Positions 18,362 through 28,450 are shown, counted from the whole stretch's first letter. The stretch is DNA of 61,631 bases, filler included, from an uncultured Methanosarcinales archaeon (GCA_964587045.1; 5 parts of 5 records of this genome joined end to end with filler, not necessarily neighbours in it), one strand, 5' to 3'. Notes: a model not told the origin generated them from the letters alone. Translations and numbers: made by a program.

Positions 18362-20875
18362 ATGAGGGGGAAACAGGCACTAGTAATCGCATTATTCATC
18401 CTTCTACTTTCAGGCGCGGCAGGAGCTGCCACGAGCTTTTCAGGCTGGATTTACAGCGGAGAGAGCGTCACCTACAACAACCGGGAGTTCATCCTGAACC
18501 TCAATGCGCAGGGCGACCAGCTGTGGGTCATCTCCGAAGGCCAGCAGGCTTTCATAGGCGAGGGCAAATGCAAAGACATGCTGCCGTACATAATATGCTT
18601 CAACCAATCGCTTTACATGAGCTCTGAAGAGCAGTACAAAGGCCAGGTCACCTTAGGTATACGAGCGGCGTCTCTGTCAATTTCACGGGAATTTTCAAAT
18701 ACCCTCCTGGAAGTTGGAGAAGAGTTCGAAGTCGAAGTCCTTATCGAAAACACCGGCGACGAGAAAGCAAGTGATATAACCTACGCTGACGTCTTCCCTG
18801 ACGCTTTTGAGGTATACAGCTGCACCTCGTGCGACATCCACGGACAGATGGTTGTGTGGCAGGGAAGCCTCGAGAAGGACAGGGATGCGACGTTTTCGTA
18901 CCTAGTGAGGGCGGTAGACCAGGCAGATGTCAAGCTCAAGGCCAGGATGACCTACTTCGACGGCTACTCTGAACAAGAAGATTATTCTGACGAGGTCGAG
19001 CTAGAGACGGTGCACCTCCTGGTTTCGGAAGTGTCTGCCTCGCTTGACGAGGTGGAGCTTGGCGACAGGTTCGACCTGACTGTCAACATCTCCAACACGG
19101 GGACGGACAGGGTAGGCATTGAATCCCTTTCCATCTATGTCCCGAGCGGGCTTGAGGTCATGGATTATGACGACCACCTAACCCGTTCAGGCAACCTGTA
19201 TATGTGGTCCGGCAACATCGATGAGGAAGAGAGCAGGGACTTCGTGCTCTACCTGCGCGCTGTGAGGGAGGGATTCTCAACCATCCTCCTAACCGGTGTA
19301 GGCCTTGCGGACCAGGCCCAGTTCGACATCGAGGAGGAGCTCCAGTTGGAGGTGGAGGGAAAGGAGCTCACATTGACCACCAACGTGGAGAACGGCGACG
19401 TGTTCGATGAGGGCGAAGAGCTAACACTCTACTTCTTCGCTCTGAACTACAACTCGAGCCTGTCGTTTAGCAGCCTAGTGCCCAGTTTTACAACCGAGCT
19501 CTTCCCCACAGACGTCGATTCTATAGCTTCTGTGCCCCCTAATGTTTCCAAGAAGTTGCATGAGGTCACGATAATCCTTCCCCACGTGGAATCGGCGACC
19601 TCCTACAAGATCTACCTGAACCTCTCGTACCAAGATGAGTTCGGAAAGGCAATCTCAAGCGATATCGAGAGGGCAGTAACGGTCGATCCAATCCAAGACC
19701 TCTCCATATCGCAGTCGCTGTCATCTGCGAAAGTCTACCGGGGTGATGATGTTGTTGTCACTGTCAGCATCACCAACGGTCGAAACGTCGACCTTGAGGA
19801 CATCAGAATAAGGGACGTGCTGCCCCCGAGCGCGGACCCGCTCGGTCCGACCACCCGCACTCTCAGCCTCAATGCAAGCGACCGGGAAGAGGCGTATTCC
19901 TACTCACTCGAATTCGACGCTGTAGGAACCTATACGATTACTACAGTCGCCACCTATGGGCACAATGGGATTGCGTACGAAGTGACCAAGGATACAGAGG
20001 TCACAGTTGAGGAAAAGGATCTCGACTTGGCGGTCACGAGATCCCCTGAGAAGACGACGGTTTACATGGGCGAGATAGTCGACGTGTCCTACACATTGAC
20101 CAACAATGAGGACGAGCCTCTAAGCGAAATAACTATTCGCTTCCCCCAGATCGCCGGCGCCGACACTGTAGGAGCGTTTGAGCACTACGTGGATGGTCTT
20201 GACCCCGGAGAAACCATAACGCTGGAGGGAATTGAGAGGCTGAGGCCCAAGGTGAAGGGCAGCCTTCAGACCGGCAGCGCCAACGTGACCTTCAAAAACG
20301 ATGAGGGCTCTGTCTTCGAGGCGACGACAAGCCATGGGAGCCTGACGGTCAATCAAAACTACCTGGACGGACCTGTGGTGCTGCTGGAGAAGACCGCGCC
20401 CAAACAGGCGGACGCCGGAGACCAGATCACCGTCACCATCGAGGTGACCAACGCGGGGTCCTCGACTGCGTCGGTGGCGTTGGAGGACGGCGGAAACAGG
20501 CAGACCTTCGATTTGGCCAGCGGAGCTTCGCGGACCTTCAACTTCAGCCGCTCTTTTCCGACAGCCGGCAAGCACACTCTCCCTGCAGCCAAGGCCTCAT
20601 ACAGCCACCTCACCTGGGATTTTACCGCTTACTCCGACGAGCCCGAAGTCACGGTCTCGGAGACCGTTGCGCCACCCCCTCCAGTCGAGGAGGTCGCCGA
20701 GCAGGAACAAGTGGAAGATGTCCAGCCTGTCACAAACCCTCAAAGGGAGGAGACTCCGCCAGAAGTGGAGGAGAAACCAGGTTTGTTCGACAGGATCAGC
20801 GCGTTCTTCAAGAAAATGCTAAGCTTCACCGATATTTTCAAGTCAGACCTGGGGAAAAAGAATGAGACTAAGTAG
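18362..20875 (+). CDS. secreted S-layer-like protein with tandem Ig-fold (DUF11/CARDB/BatD-like) repeats
   Basis: signal peptide; repeated VGE..V.V.I.N.G units; acidic; C-terminal amphipathic helix. Confidence 0.75.
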   Translation: MRGKQALVIALFILLLSGAAGAATSFSGWIYSGESVTYNNREFILNLNAQGDQLWVISEGQQAFIGEGKCKDMLPYIICFNQSLYMSSEEQYKGQVTLGIRAASLSISREFSNTLLEVGEEFEVEVLIENTGDEKASDITYADVFPDAFEVYSCTSCDIHGQMVVWQGSLEKDRDATFSYLVRAVDQADVKLKARMTYFDGYSEQEDYSDEVELETVHLLVSEVSASLDEVELGDRFDLTVNISNTGTDRVGIESLSIYVPSGLEVMDYDDHLTRSGNLYMWSGNIDEEESRDFVLYLRAVREGFSTILLTGVGLADQAQFDIEEELQLEVEGKELTLTTNVENGDVFDEGEELTLYFFALNYNSSLSFSSLVPSFTTELFPTDVDSIASVPPNVSKKLHEVTIILPHVESATSYKIYLNLSYQDEFGKAISSDIERAVTVDPIQDLSISQSLSSAKVYRGDDVVVTVSITNGRNVDLEDIRIRDVLPPSADPLGPTTRTLSLNASDREEAYSYSLEFDAVGTYTITTVATYGHNGIAYEVTKDTEVTVEEKDLDLAVTRSPEKTTVYMGEIVDVSYTLTNNEDEPLSEITIRFPQIAGADTVGAFEHYVDGLDPGETITLEGIERLRPKVKGSLQTGSANVTFKNDEGSVFEATTSHGSLTVNQNYLDGPVVLLEKTAPKQADAGDQITVTIEVTNAGSSTASVALEDGGNRQTFDLASGASRTFNFSRSFPTAGKHTLPAAKASYSHLTWDFTAYSDEPEVTVSETVAPPPPVEEVAEQEQVEDVQPVTNPQREETPPEVEEKPGLFDRISAFFKKMLSFTDIFKSDLGKKNETK

Positions 20876-22457
20876 CCTGGTGTTAGCGCTGGTACTCCTG
20901 TCGGGCACAGCTGCAGGATATCAGGTTCTCTTCGAGAGGACTATCAGTTCTGGAAGTCAGTTCGAGGCGTACAACACCACCTACATTTTGTATTCCGGCA
21001 ACAAGGTCAAGATAGAGCTGGACAACCAGAGCTATTTCATAAACAACCAAAGCTGCATGGATTTCAGGTTCATCAAGCTCTGCGTCAACGACACCGAGGA
21101 GTCTTCAGCAGACATCACCGTCTTTTCCACCATCCCGCTCGTCTTCTTCAACTTCACAGCAGTAAACACGACAGCTTGGGTGAACGAGGAGGTCGGGCTG
21201 CCGATATACTTCAACAACACAGGGGGGTCTTCAGCAATCGTCAGGTTCCGGATGGACATCCCCCTTGACGTGGAGATCCTCGACCTTGACGGGCTTTCGT
21301 TGTCTGGTCGGCAGGTCAAATGGACAGGAGAGGTCAGGCCTGACGCGTACAAGTTTTTCAACCTGACTTTCCGGCCCAAGAGGCAGTACAACTACACCTT
21401 CGAGCCCGAGGTCGAATATTTCAACGGCATGTCCACGATTACCCTGAGCGAGGAAGAGGAGACTGAGACCAAATATTTCTTCAACACGACGCTCAGGACG
21501 AACGTGTCCGCCCTCCATCCGGGCAACGGCACGCAATTCACAGTTTATGTGACCAACCTCTATGGCTATGGTAACATCTCGGTGACCGCAGATATGACAT
21601 TCCCTGACCAGCTCGCATTCGGTCAAATATCCCACGGCAGCAGAAGGGAATTCAGGTGGAAAGAGAACATACACCCCGAAGACAACTCGACCATGAACCA
21701 GTCAGTCATGCTATACGCGGTCCAGGGCGAGGACGCGGTGGTGCTGGTCGAGCTGGAGGTAGAGAACGAGGATGGGCTGGTAGAAGAGATGGCGGTCTCG
21801 AAAACCATAAGCATAGAGCCCATACCTCTTGAGATCACGGGCGTGATCGACTCGTGGGTGGCAACCGGCGTCCCGCAGCGGATCAAGCTCGACCTGACCA
21901 ACCCGTATCAAGACATCAGCATCAGGAACCTCGTTTCGAGGATCGACACGCCGATCATGGCTGTACCTACGACATACTACAACACCATACGGCCAGGACA
22001 GACTGTCGGCCTGATGAACGAGATAGTGACCCTTTCAGACACCGGACAAAACTTCACCTACCCGATTACCATGTCGCTTTCGTGCGAGACCGAGTACGGC
22101 GAGGTGCTCTCCCAGAACTTCACAAGCTTCATTCGTGTTGTCACCCCGGAGCCGAAGGAGATAATCATACTTGACAACCAGTCACAGCCTCCAGTTGCAG
22201 AGGATAACGAGACCGAAGAGGAGGACATCTCAGGGGAGGAAAACGCGACTGAGGTTTTGGAAGATAAAGTGGCTGAAGAGGCAAATATCAGCAATGAGAC
22301 CGAAGGCCCGACCCCTGATGCTGTCGTGGCTGATGAGACCCCAAACTGGAAATATGTGGTTTTCGGAGCCCTGATGGTGGTGTTCCTGCTGGCGGTGGAC
22401 TACGCAAACGACTTGCGTAAAGAACAGAAAAGTTTAAATTCAGGCAAACAGAAGTAA
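20862..22457 (+). CDS. membrane-anchored S-layer-like glycoprotein
   Basis: signal peptide, Ig-like units, many NxS/T sequons, acidic linker, C-terminal TM. Confidence 0.72.
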   Translation: MRLSSLVLALVLLSGTAAGYQVLFERTISSGSQFEAYNTTYILYSGNKVKIELDNQSYFINNQSCMDFRFIKLCVNDTEESSADITVFSTIPLVFFNFTAVNTTAWVNEEVGLPIYFNNTGGSSAIVRFRMDIPLDVEILDLDGLSLSGRQVKWTGEVRPDAYKFFNLTFRPKRQYNYTFEPEVEYFNGMSTITLSEEEETETKYFFNTTLRTNVSALHPGNGTQFTVYVTNLYGYGNISVTADMTFPDQLAFGQISHGSRREFRWKENIHPEDNSTMNQSVMLYAVQGEDAVVLVELEVENEDGLVEEMAVSKTISIEPIPLEITGVIDSWVATGVPQRIKLDLTNPYQDISIRNLVSRIDTPIMAVPTTYYNTIRPGQTVGLMNEIVTLSDTGQNFTYPITMSLSCETEYGEVLSQNFTSFIRVVTPEPKEIIILDNQSQPPVAEDNETEEEDISGEENATEVLEDKVAEEANISNETEGPTPDAVVADETPNWKYVVFGALMVVFLLAVDYANDLRKEQKSLNSGKQK

Positions 22458-22475
22458 ATGTAAAAGAGGTGTACT

Positions 22476-23092
22476 ATGAGTTTTTTCGACAAGCTTATGT
22501 TCTGGAAGAAGAAGGATGAGTTCGACTTCGGAGGTTCTGACCCTTTTGCCCAGCAGGGCGCAGACCCGTTCGCGCAGCAGGGCGCAGACCCGTTCGCGCA
22601 GCCGGNNNNNNNNNNNNNNNNNNNNNNNNNNNNNNNNNNNNNNNNNNNNNNNNNNNNNNNNNNNNNNNNNNNNNNNNNNNNNNNNNNNNNNNNNNNNNNN
22701 NNNNNCAGCAGGGCGCAGACCCGTTCGCGCAGCAGGGCGCAGACCCGTTCGCGCAGCCGGACCCTTACGGCCAGCAGAATCCCGACACTTTCTCGCAGGG
22801 CGCAGACCCGTTCGCGCAGCAGGCCGACCAGTTCGGCAGCTCAAACCCGCCGAGAGGAACTCCAGGATTCGATCCGGGACAGTCCCTGAGGGAGTCGCCC
22901 CAGCCTAGGTACTCCCAGCCCCCAGCGTCCTTCTCAGAATCTGCTGAATCCTACAAGATGTCGAAGGAGATTGAGGTCATATCCTCAAAGCTTGACGCTC
23001 TGAAGGCTGCCATGGACAGCCTCAACCAGAGGCTCGCGAATATCGAGAGGCTCGCACAGGCTGAGGTGCAGGAATCCAAGCCTCGCTGGTAG
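22476..23092 (+). CDS. hypothetical protein: DPF-containing tandem repeats and C-terminal coiled coil (spans scaffold gap)
   Basis: RBS gaggtg; MSFFDKLMFWKKK...ADPFAQQG repeats; after the gap a frame continues to KEIEVISSKLDALKAAMDSLNQRLANIERLAQAEVQESKPRW* (stop 23090-92). Confidence 0.75.
22539..22822 (+). repeat. 24-bp coding tandem repeat CAGCAGGGCGCAGACCCGTTCGCG (QQGADPFA)
   Basis: at least 5-6 copies visible either side of the 100-N gap. Confidence 0.9.
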
Positions 23093-23138
23093 TTCTATCA
23101 AAAACTTATTAAAGGAAAAGATGCTTTCTGCATAAATC

Positions 23139-23810
23139 ATGTCAGGAGCACCGCGTCATATCGGTATCATCATGGATGGCAACAGGCGATTCTCGAAGCG
23201 CCTCATGCTTGAGCCGTGGAAAGGCCACGAGTACGGGGCCAAGAAGGTCGAGAAGCTGCTCGACTGGTGTATCGACCTGGGCATAAGGGAAGTCACCCTA
23301 TACTCGCTTTCTGTGCAAAATTTCAACAGGCCGAAAAAAGAGCTCGACTTCCTGATAAACCTCTTCAAAACGGAGCTCACCAACGTCCTAAAGGACCCCC
23401 GGGTTGATGAGAACAGGATACAATTCAGGTTCCTGGGGAGGAGGTCGATGTTCCCTCCCGACCTCCAGGAAATGATGCAGAAGATGGAAGATAAGACCTC
23501 CAAGTACGACAACCTAATCATCAACTTCGCCATGGGGTACGGCGGAAGGGAGGAGCTCATCGACGCCATCAAGGCCATGAATAGAAAGGAGGTCAGCGAA
23601 GAGGAACTGGAGAGGCATCTGTACAACGCCTCTGAGCCGGACTTGATAATACGGACCGGCGGCGAGAAGAGGCTTTCCAACTTCCTCCTGTGGCAGTCCG
23701 CCTACGCAGAGCTGATCTTCCTGGACATCATGTGGCCTGAGTTCGAAAAAGAGCACCTGGTAGACTCGCTGAAGGAGTATGAGAGCAGGCAGCGCCGCTT
23801 CGGCAGGTAA
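23139..23810 (+). CDS. uppS: cis-polyprenyl (undecaprenyl-type) diphosphate synthase
   Basis: PRHIGIIMDGNRR, SVQNFNRP, YGGREE, PDLIIRTGGEKRLSNFLLWQSAYAEL. Confidence 0.97.
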   Translation: MSGAPRHIGIIMDGNRRFSKRLMLEPWKGHEYGAKKVEKLLDWCIDLGIREVTLYSLSVQNFNRPKKELDFLINLFKTELTNVLKDPRVDENRIQFRFLGRRSMFPPDLQEMMQKMEDKTSKYDNLIINFAMGYGGREELIDAIKAMNRKEVSEEELERHLYNASEPDLIIRTGGEKRLSNFLLWQSAYAELIFLDIMWPEFEKEHLVDSLKEYESRQRRFGR

Positions 23811-23855
23811 TTTTTTATATCAGCTAAGCATTACTATTCCTTGGAGGTGGTCCCA

Positions 23856-24422
23856 TTGGCAAGTCTGGATGGTATGATAGATTCTGTTCGGCAATGTTAC
23901 AGCTCGGTAAAGGGGAAGCTAAGGACGGCGGGGCTGGTTGCTCTCGGCGCTGCGACGATGGGCTCGTTTTCCTGCTACACCCAGCTACGCGTGCCAGAGC
24001 CTGAGGTGTATGTTGAGCCTTTCGTGGGCGTGCATTTCCACTACGTGCCACCATACTATTGGGACCCTTGGGAGCTTGGTTTCTACAACCGCTACTCCTG
24101 GTCGCCTTTCTGGTACTACGACATTTACCCTTACCCCTTCGTGGTCTACAAGGGCCAAACACCGCATAAGGATTTCAAGCCAAGGACTTTCGACAGGAGG
24201 AGTTCGGTCGTCCCTCCGAGGAAGGTGCCCCGCACCAAGGGGCCGACTAGGCAGCGCACTCCGAGGAGGGTTCAGACTCCCAGGTATGCTCCGAAGAGGG
24301 TTCAGACTCCCAGGCATGCTCCGAGGAGGGTTCAGACCCCCCAGCATACTCCGAAGAAGAGTGGCTCTGACAGTAATAAGCAAAGCTCTAAGAGTTCGAC
24401 CAGGACAGTGAAGAGGAAATAA
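23856..24422 (+). CDS. putative lipoprotein with Tyr/Trp-rich segment and basic Pro/Arg repeat tail
   Basis: RBS ggaggtg before TTG 23856; LVALGAATMGSFS-C-YTQL lipobox-like; YYWDPW. Confidence 0.65.
   Translation: MASLDGMIDSVRQCYSSVKGKLRTAGLVALGAATMGSFSCYTQLRVPEPEVYVEPFVGVHFHYVPPYYWDPWELGFYNRYSWSPFWYYDIYPYPFVVYKGQTPHKDFKPRTFDRRSSVVPPRKVPRTKGPTRQRTPRRVQTPRYAPKRVQTPRHAPRRVQTPQHTPKKSGSDSNKQSSKSSTRTVKRK
24259..24357 (+). repeat. 30-bp coding tandem repeat (PRRVQTPRHA-like, ~3.3 copies)
   Basis: ctccgaRgagggttcagacYcccagRYaT units at 24259, 24289, 24319. Confidence 0.9.
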
Positions 24423-25013
24423 TCACTCGGAAAAAACCTGAGCCTGGAATGACAGCAGCTCCGTGCCTTCCTGCATCCACGCGTCCGGGGGGAGTCCTGC
24501 TTTTTGACATAAGTGCTTAAGGTACTCATCGGCATCCCAGCCGTATTCTGTCGGCACCTGCGGGAGCAGCAGGCCTGAGCTGTATTCGCTTCGGATGATC
24601 AGACCGTCCCTCCCCACCTTGATCAGTGACGGGTAATCCTCCGGCTTAGCATCAATCCTTTCAGGCACTGTCAGCACTGACACCTCAAACTTGAGGCTTT
24701 GCCATTCGTGTTCGCGTACAGGCGGGAACCTGGGATCCCGGAAAGCTGCTGATGTGGCCGCCTCGCGGCAGGCTTCGTACAGGGGAAGGACAGGCTCTGG
24801 GAATCCGATGCAACCCCTAAGCTGACCCTCCTTGTTGAGGGTCACGAAGACTCCTCTCTTCTCTGAGAACCTCTCTTCCAGAATCTTGTCTTCATATTTC
24901 CCCCCCTCAAGCGCCGCTTTCACGGTATTTTTCGCGAGTCCGATGAGAGAGCGCCCGTCCTCGGCTGTCAGCTCACTTGACCGCTTTTGGGAGGCTTTTG
25001 GCGAGTTTGTCAT
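24423..25013 (-). CDS. AMMECR1 domain protein (AmmeMemoRadiSam protein A)
   Basis: GVFVTL...LRGCIG, AAFRDPRF, EVSVLT, GLLLPQV, LCQKAGL; start uncertain. Confidence 0.93.
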   Translation of the reverse strand: MTNSPKASQKRSSELTAEDGRSLIGLAKNTVKAALEGGKYEDKILEERFSEKRGVFVTLNKEGQLRGCIGFPEPVLPLYEACREAATSAAFRDPRFPPVREHEWQSLKFEVSVLTVPERIDAKPEDYPSLIKVGRDGLIIRSEYSSGLLLPQVPTEYGWDADEYLKHLCQKAGLPPDAWMQEGTELLSFQAQVFSE

Positions 25014-25251
25014 TTGCCTTCTTGATGTTCTTGAGAGCGTTTGCTATCGCTGATTTGGGCGAGGTCTTGGTGTTCGTGTCGACGATGAATATTGGCACTC
25101 CGGTTAGCGGATGGTCGACAGTGTAGCTTGCGACCTGCACGTCAGGGTTCTGGCGCAGCTCATAAACCAGCAGGTTGCTGAACGTGTGTCCAACATCCTT
25201 TAGCGAGAAGGACAAGTGGCGTTTCGTATCCTCTAGAATCTGTATCTCCAT
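24973..25251 (-). CDS. rpoL: DNA-directed RNA polymerase subunit L (Rpo11)
   Basis: GHTFSNLL...ASYTVDHPL. Confidence 0.9.
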   Translation of the reverse strand: MEIQILEDTKRHLSFSLKDVGHTFSNLLVYELRQNPDVQVASYTVDHPLTGVPIFIVDTNTKTSPKSAIANALKNIKKANDKLAKSLPKAVK

Positions 25252-25280
25252 GGGTGCGGTGGAATGGATGGGCATTTAAA

Positions 25281-25886
25281 TTACTTTCTATTTAGCCTCC
25301 AGCACGCCACCCTTATCCTGTGGAGCCTCCTAGTCTGGTGATCGAAGCTCTTCTTCAGCGGCATCTCAAAATTCCAGGTGTGGGTTACTTCAAATCCGAA
25401 GTCTTTTGCCAGGGATGAGACAAAGCCTTCGCTGTTTGCGTTGTGGATAGTGTACACAACCCTCCCTTTTTGCATGGCCTTTTCCAGGAACTCGCGGTCT
25501 GCATGCCTGCGCTGTGCCCCGAAAGGCGGGTTTTGCACGACGGTGTCGACCTCGGCGTCGAACTCTGTCACCTGCTGGTTCTCCACTGAGTACGATTTCA
25601 GACCTAGGCTCTTGAGGTTGTCCTCGCAGATCCGGCAGGCTTTGGCGTCCCGGTCCACGAAGTGGACGAATTTCGCCCCCAGGAGCAGCGCCCCGATCCC
25701 CAGCACACCTGTCCCGCTGCCCAAATCAGCCACAGCCTTCCCTTCGATGTCCCCCAGGTCGCGTGCGAAGCTCAGGACGGCTGCGGCGACCTCGCTGTCT
25801 GTCGGGTACTGCTCAAGTCTCAGGTCTGGGGCACCGAAGCCTTCAAGCCTGGATAGGGTGATCGCAAGTCGGGATTTGGTTATCAT
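25281..25886 (-). CDS. METTL5 family SAM-dependent RNA methyltransferase
   Basis: LEQYPTD, DLGSGTGVLGIG, NPPFG, HADREFL. Confidence 0.93.
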   Translation of the reverse strand: MITKSRLAITLSRLEGFGAPDLRLEQYPTDSEVAAAVLSFARDLGDIEGKAVADLGSGTGVLGIGALLLGAKFVHFVDRDAKACRICEDNLKSLGLKSYSVENQQVTEFDAEVDTVVQNPPFGAQRRHADREFLEKAMQKGRVVYTIHNANSEGFVSSLAKDFGFEVTHTWNFEMPLKKSFDHQTRRLHRIRVACWRLNRK

Positions 25887-26053
25887 CGCTGTGGGGAAGA
25901 GGGCTCGATTAATAATTCTTACCATACAAATCGGGAGTAGCCAATACAAAACCGACGATTTTCATTTCGATTTAAAACTCCATGCGCAGAATTTTTTATC
26001 ACGGAAAATATAGGTTGTGATGAATCAGTTTTATAACATAAAAGTATATAAGT

Positions 26054-26650
26054 ATGTCTCTGATTCAGCAATTTGGGGGTGATTTGGTGTTCTCAAATCT
26101 AAAGAGACTGCTAAACAAGACAGATACATCGGGAGAGAGAAGGCGCTTGCGTACGGCCTTCTCCAAGATCAAGGAGGAGCTGGCAGAGCATCTTGATTCG
26201 ATAAACGACAACACAAACGAGATCCAATCCAACTATGAATACCTCTGCGAGATAGACTCAAAGGTCCAGAAGCTCGAGGAGAAGATGGAAGAGGTCCTGA
26301 TGTTCCTTAGGCAATCAGGCGGTGAAGTCTCACTTTCTGCGCCTGAGATGCCTGACAAGATCAGGCTCACACAGTCTGAGCAGCAGGTTTTCCTTATCAT
26401 GCACAACCTGGGGGCGACCCAGCCCTTGTGCTATCGAGACATCGCAGCCATCTTGAGCATACAGGAGCACCTTGTGCGTGCCTACGTCGGGAGTATCACT
26501 TCTAAGGGGGTTCCTGTGATCAAGAAGTACAACCACGACGGCGTGCGGCTTTCCATCGACGATGATTTCCGCGAGCTCCAGACCAAGATGAATGTCTTGG
26601 GGATCAGCGAGGACGTCAACCGGAAGGTCGCCGCCTTAGTGGCCTATTAA
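26054..26650 (+). CDS. coiled-coil plus C-terminal winged-HTH protein
   Basis: heptads EELAEHLDSINDNTNEIQ; LTQSEQQVFL...YRDIAAIL...VRAYVGSITSKGVPV wHTH pattern. Confidence 0.7.
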   Translation: MSLIQQFGGDLVFSNLKRLLNKTDTSGERRRLRTAFSKIKEELAEHLDSINDNTNEIQSNYEYLCEIDSKVQKLEEKMEEVLMFLRQSGGEVSLSAPEMPDKIRLTQSEQQVFLIMHNLGATQPLCYRDIAAILSIQEHLVRAYVGSITSKGVPVIKKYNHDGVRLSIDDDFRELQTKMNVLGISEDVNRKVAALVAY

Positions 26651-26868
26651 CCCTCACTTTTTCTTGATTTCTTTTAAAATCCACCAGATATCCCAACTAT
26701 TGTCATAATACCGACACTTTTCGGTGTTTTTGTATGTCGTTATTTTATCAACTATTATCTGTATCATATCTTATTTAGATGAAATAATTTATTAGATAAA
26801 TTAACGACTAATTTCAGCATTATGCACTAATAATTTGAGCTAAATAATTTAAGCAAAAATAAAAAATT

Positions 26869-27198
26869 TTATTCTGTGTCTTTCGGAGCGTTGAGATACT
26901 CGTAGCCCCTCTTACCGCCGTAATAGGCCAATGGACCGATTACGAGCCCAAACGGCCCGAGCAGGCCCCAAGCCACAATACCTGTCCCTGCAGCAGCCAG
27001 AGGGTGCTTGTACTTCTTCAGAAAGCCCTTTGTGGTCTTGCGGGCGTAGTCATGCTTGATCTGATCATACTTCACCTGTCCCTCCTCGATCTTTCTATCG
27101 AGGAAATCAACGCCCTCACCGGCTTTCTGCTTTCCCATCTCATAGTACTCCTTTCCCTTCTCCTTGGTTTTCTTAATTTTATCCTCTAACTCCATTTT
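26869..27198 (-). CDS. small tail-anchored protein (ElaB/YqjD-like architecture)
   Basis: RBS ggagggtga; charged helix then KKYKHPLAAAGTGIVAWGLLG TM. Confidence 0.6.
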   Translation of the reverse strand, partial: KMELEDKIKKTKEKGKEYYEMGKQKAGEGVDFLDRKIEEGQVKYDQIKHDYARKTTKGFLKKYKHPLAAAGTGIVAWGLLGPFGLVIGPLAYYGGKRGYEYLNAPKDTE

Positions 27199-27874
27199 CA
27201 TCACCCTCCTCGGTGAACATATTCAGTAGATATGGTATTACCAACCAGATATAAAGGGTGTCTGGCGTGGTTTTAATGTAATGCCGAAAATCTTGTTTGA
27301 AAATTCCCCTCCCAAAGATTATGTTTTGAGGTCCGAAAAACAACGAAAACATAGGAGATTTCTGATCCCTCAAAAACGCTGAAATCACTATACTGCTATC
27401 TCCTGTCGGGATTATTGTTTACAAAAGCTCCGCAAGCACCAAAATCATCGACTTTTGCCACATCTCTATTGGGTAAACACGGTTAGTGGGGAAGGACCCC
27501 CATGCACCCTTATTCTGGATAATACCTTACAAGACTCACAAATTCCCCGTCTTCGTAAAGTATTATGCCTTAACGTACAGATTTCTTCCGAGATCTCTTG
27601 TCGGTACTATCCCGAAAATTTTACATACAATAATCTTTAAGCAGAAATCACCTATTTTCAGGCCATTTCAGAAGGGTATCATGCCTCTAAATCGAGAACG
27701 TTTGTCAGAGACAAAATATGGAGTTTCTACTAAAAAGTATAATCTTTGATTAAATATTATTATCAATTTATGACTAAAAGTTTTAATCTTTAATTAAACA
27801 TTATGTCGACTATTGTCGGTATAATACAAACATTAAAATAGCTGCATTTCCTCCTGGTTTGAAAGGTGATGCCC

Positions 27875-28350
27875 ATGAAACACATCGTTCTCAATGATGT
27901 CAAGCCCCCTCTCAGTCCGACATCGGATCAACTAGCGGATGTTATTATTGTGAGACTTGGTCTCATGCCCCGAAAGAAGGGATCTACTGAGAAGATGCAC
28001 CGTATATTGATTGAGCTCTATGAGCGGGCAAAGGAAGGACATAGAGATGGCAAACCTGCCCATGCAGTAATCACCGTCGAGGAGATGGCGGCTTACGCAG
28101 GGATTACAAGGCAGACCATGTATGATTACCTCAAGAGGTGGCTCGAGCTCAATCTGATCGTAAAGACCAGTTATATCGATCAGAACCGTCGTGCTGTGAT
28201 AGGCTATAAGCTCAATGGGAACACACTTGAGAGTGCTCTTGAACGTGCCAGAACGCGTATTGAGGATGTCCTTGATGATACTAAGACACTAATTGGCGAG
28301 CTGCAGAAGCAGCTCAGAAGCGACAAAGTGAGCGAAACTGCAAAGCAGAA
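27875..28350 (+). CDS. HTH DNA-binding protein (3' truncated by spacer)
   Basis: ITVEEMAAYAGITRQTMYDYLKRWLELNLIVK HTH; RBS aggtga. Confidence 0.75.
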
Positions 28351-28450
28351 NNNNNNNNNNNNNNNNNNNNNNNNNNNNNNNNNNNNNNNNNNNNTTAATT
28401 AATTAANNNNNNNNNNNNNNNNNNNNNNNNNNNNNNNNNNNNNNNNNNNN
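28351..28450. other. artificial contig-joining spacer
   Basis: N run with TTAATTAATTAA. Confidence 0.95.

Noticed and set aside
22539..22822. 24-bp repeats as a CRISPR array
   Set aside because: Head-to-tail, in-frame coding repeats with no unique spacers and no cas genes
24259..24357. 30-bp repeats as a CRISPR array
   Set aside because: Tandem coding repeats without spacers
27455..27749. 61-aa and 87-aa ORFs in the AT-rich interval
   Set aside because: Non-ATG starts, atypical codon use, no motifs; likely non-coding
26651..27865. Canonical Orc1/Cdc6 origin
   Set aside because: No ORB (TCCA..GAAAC plus G-string) repeats or cdc6 gene seen
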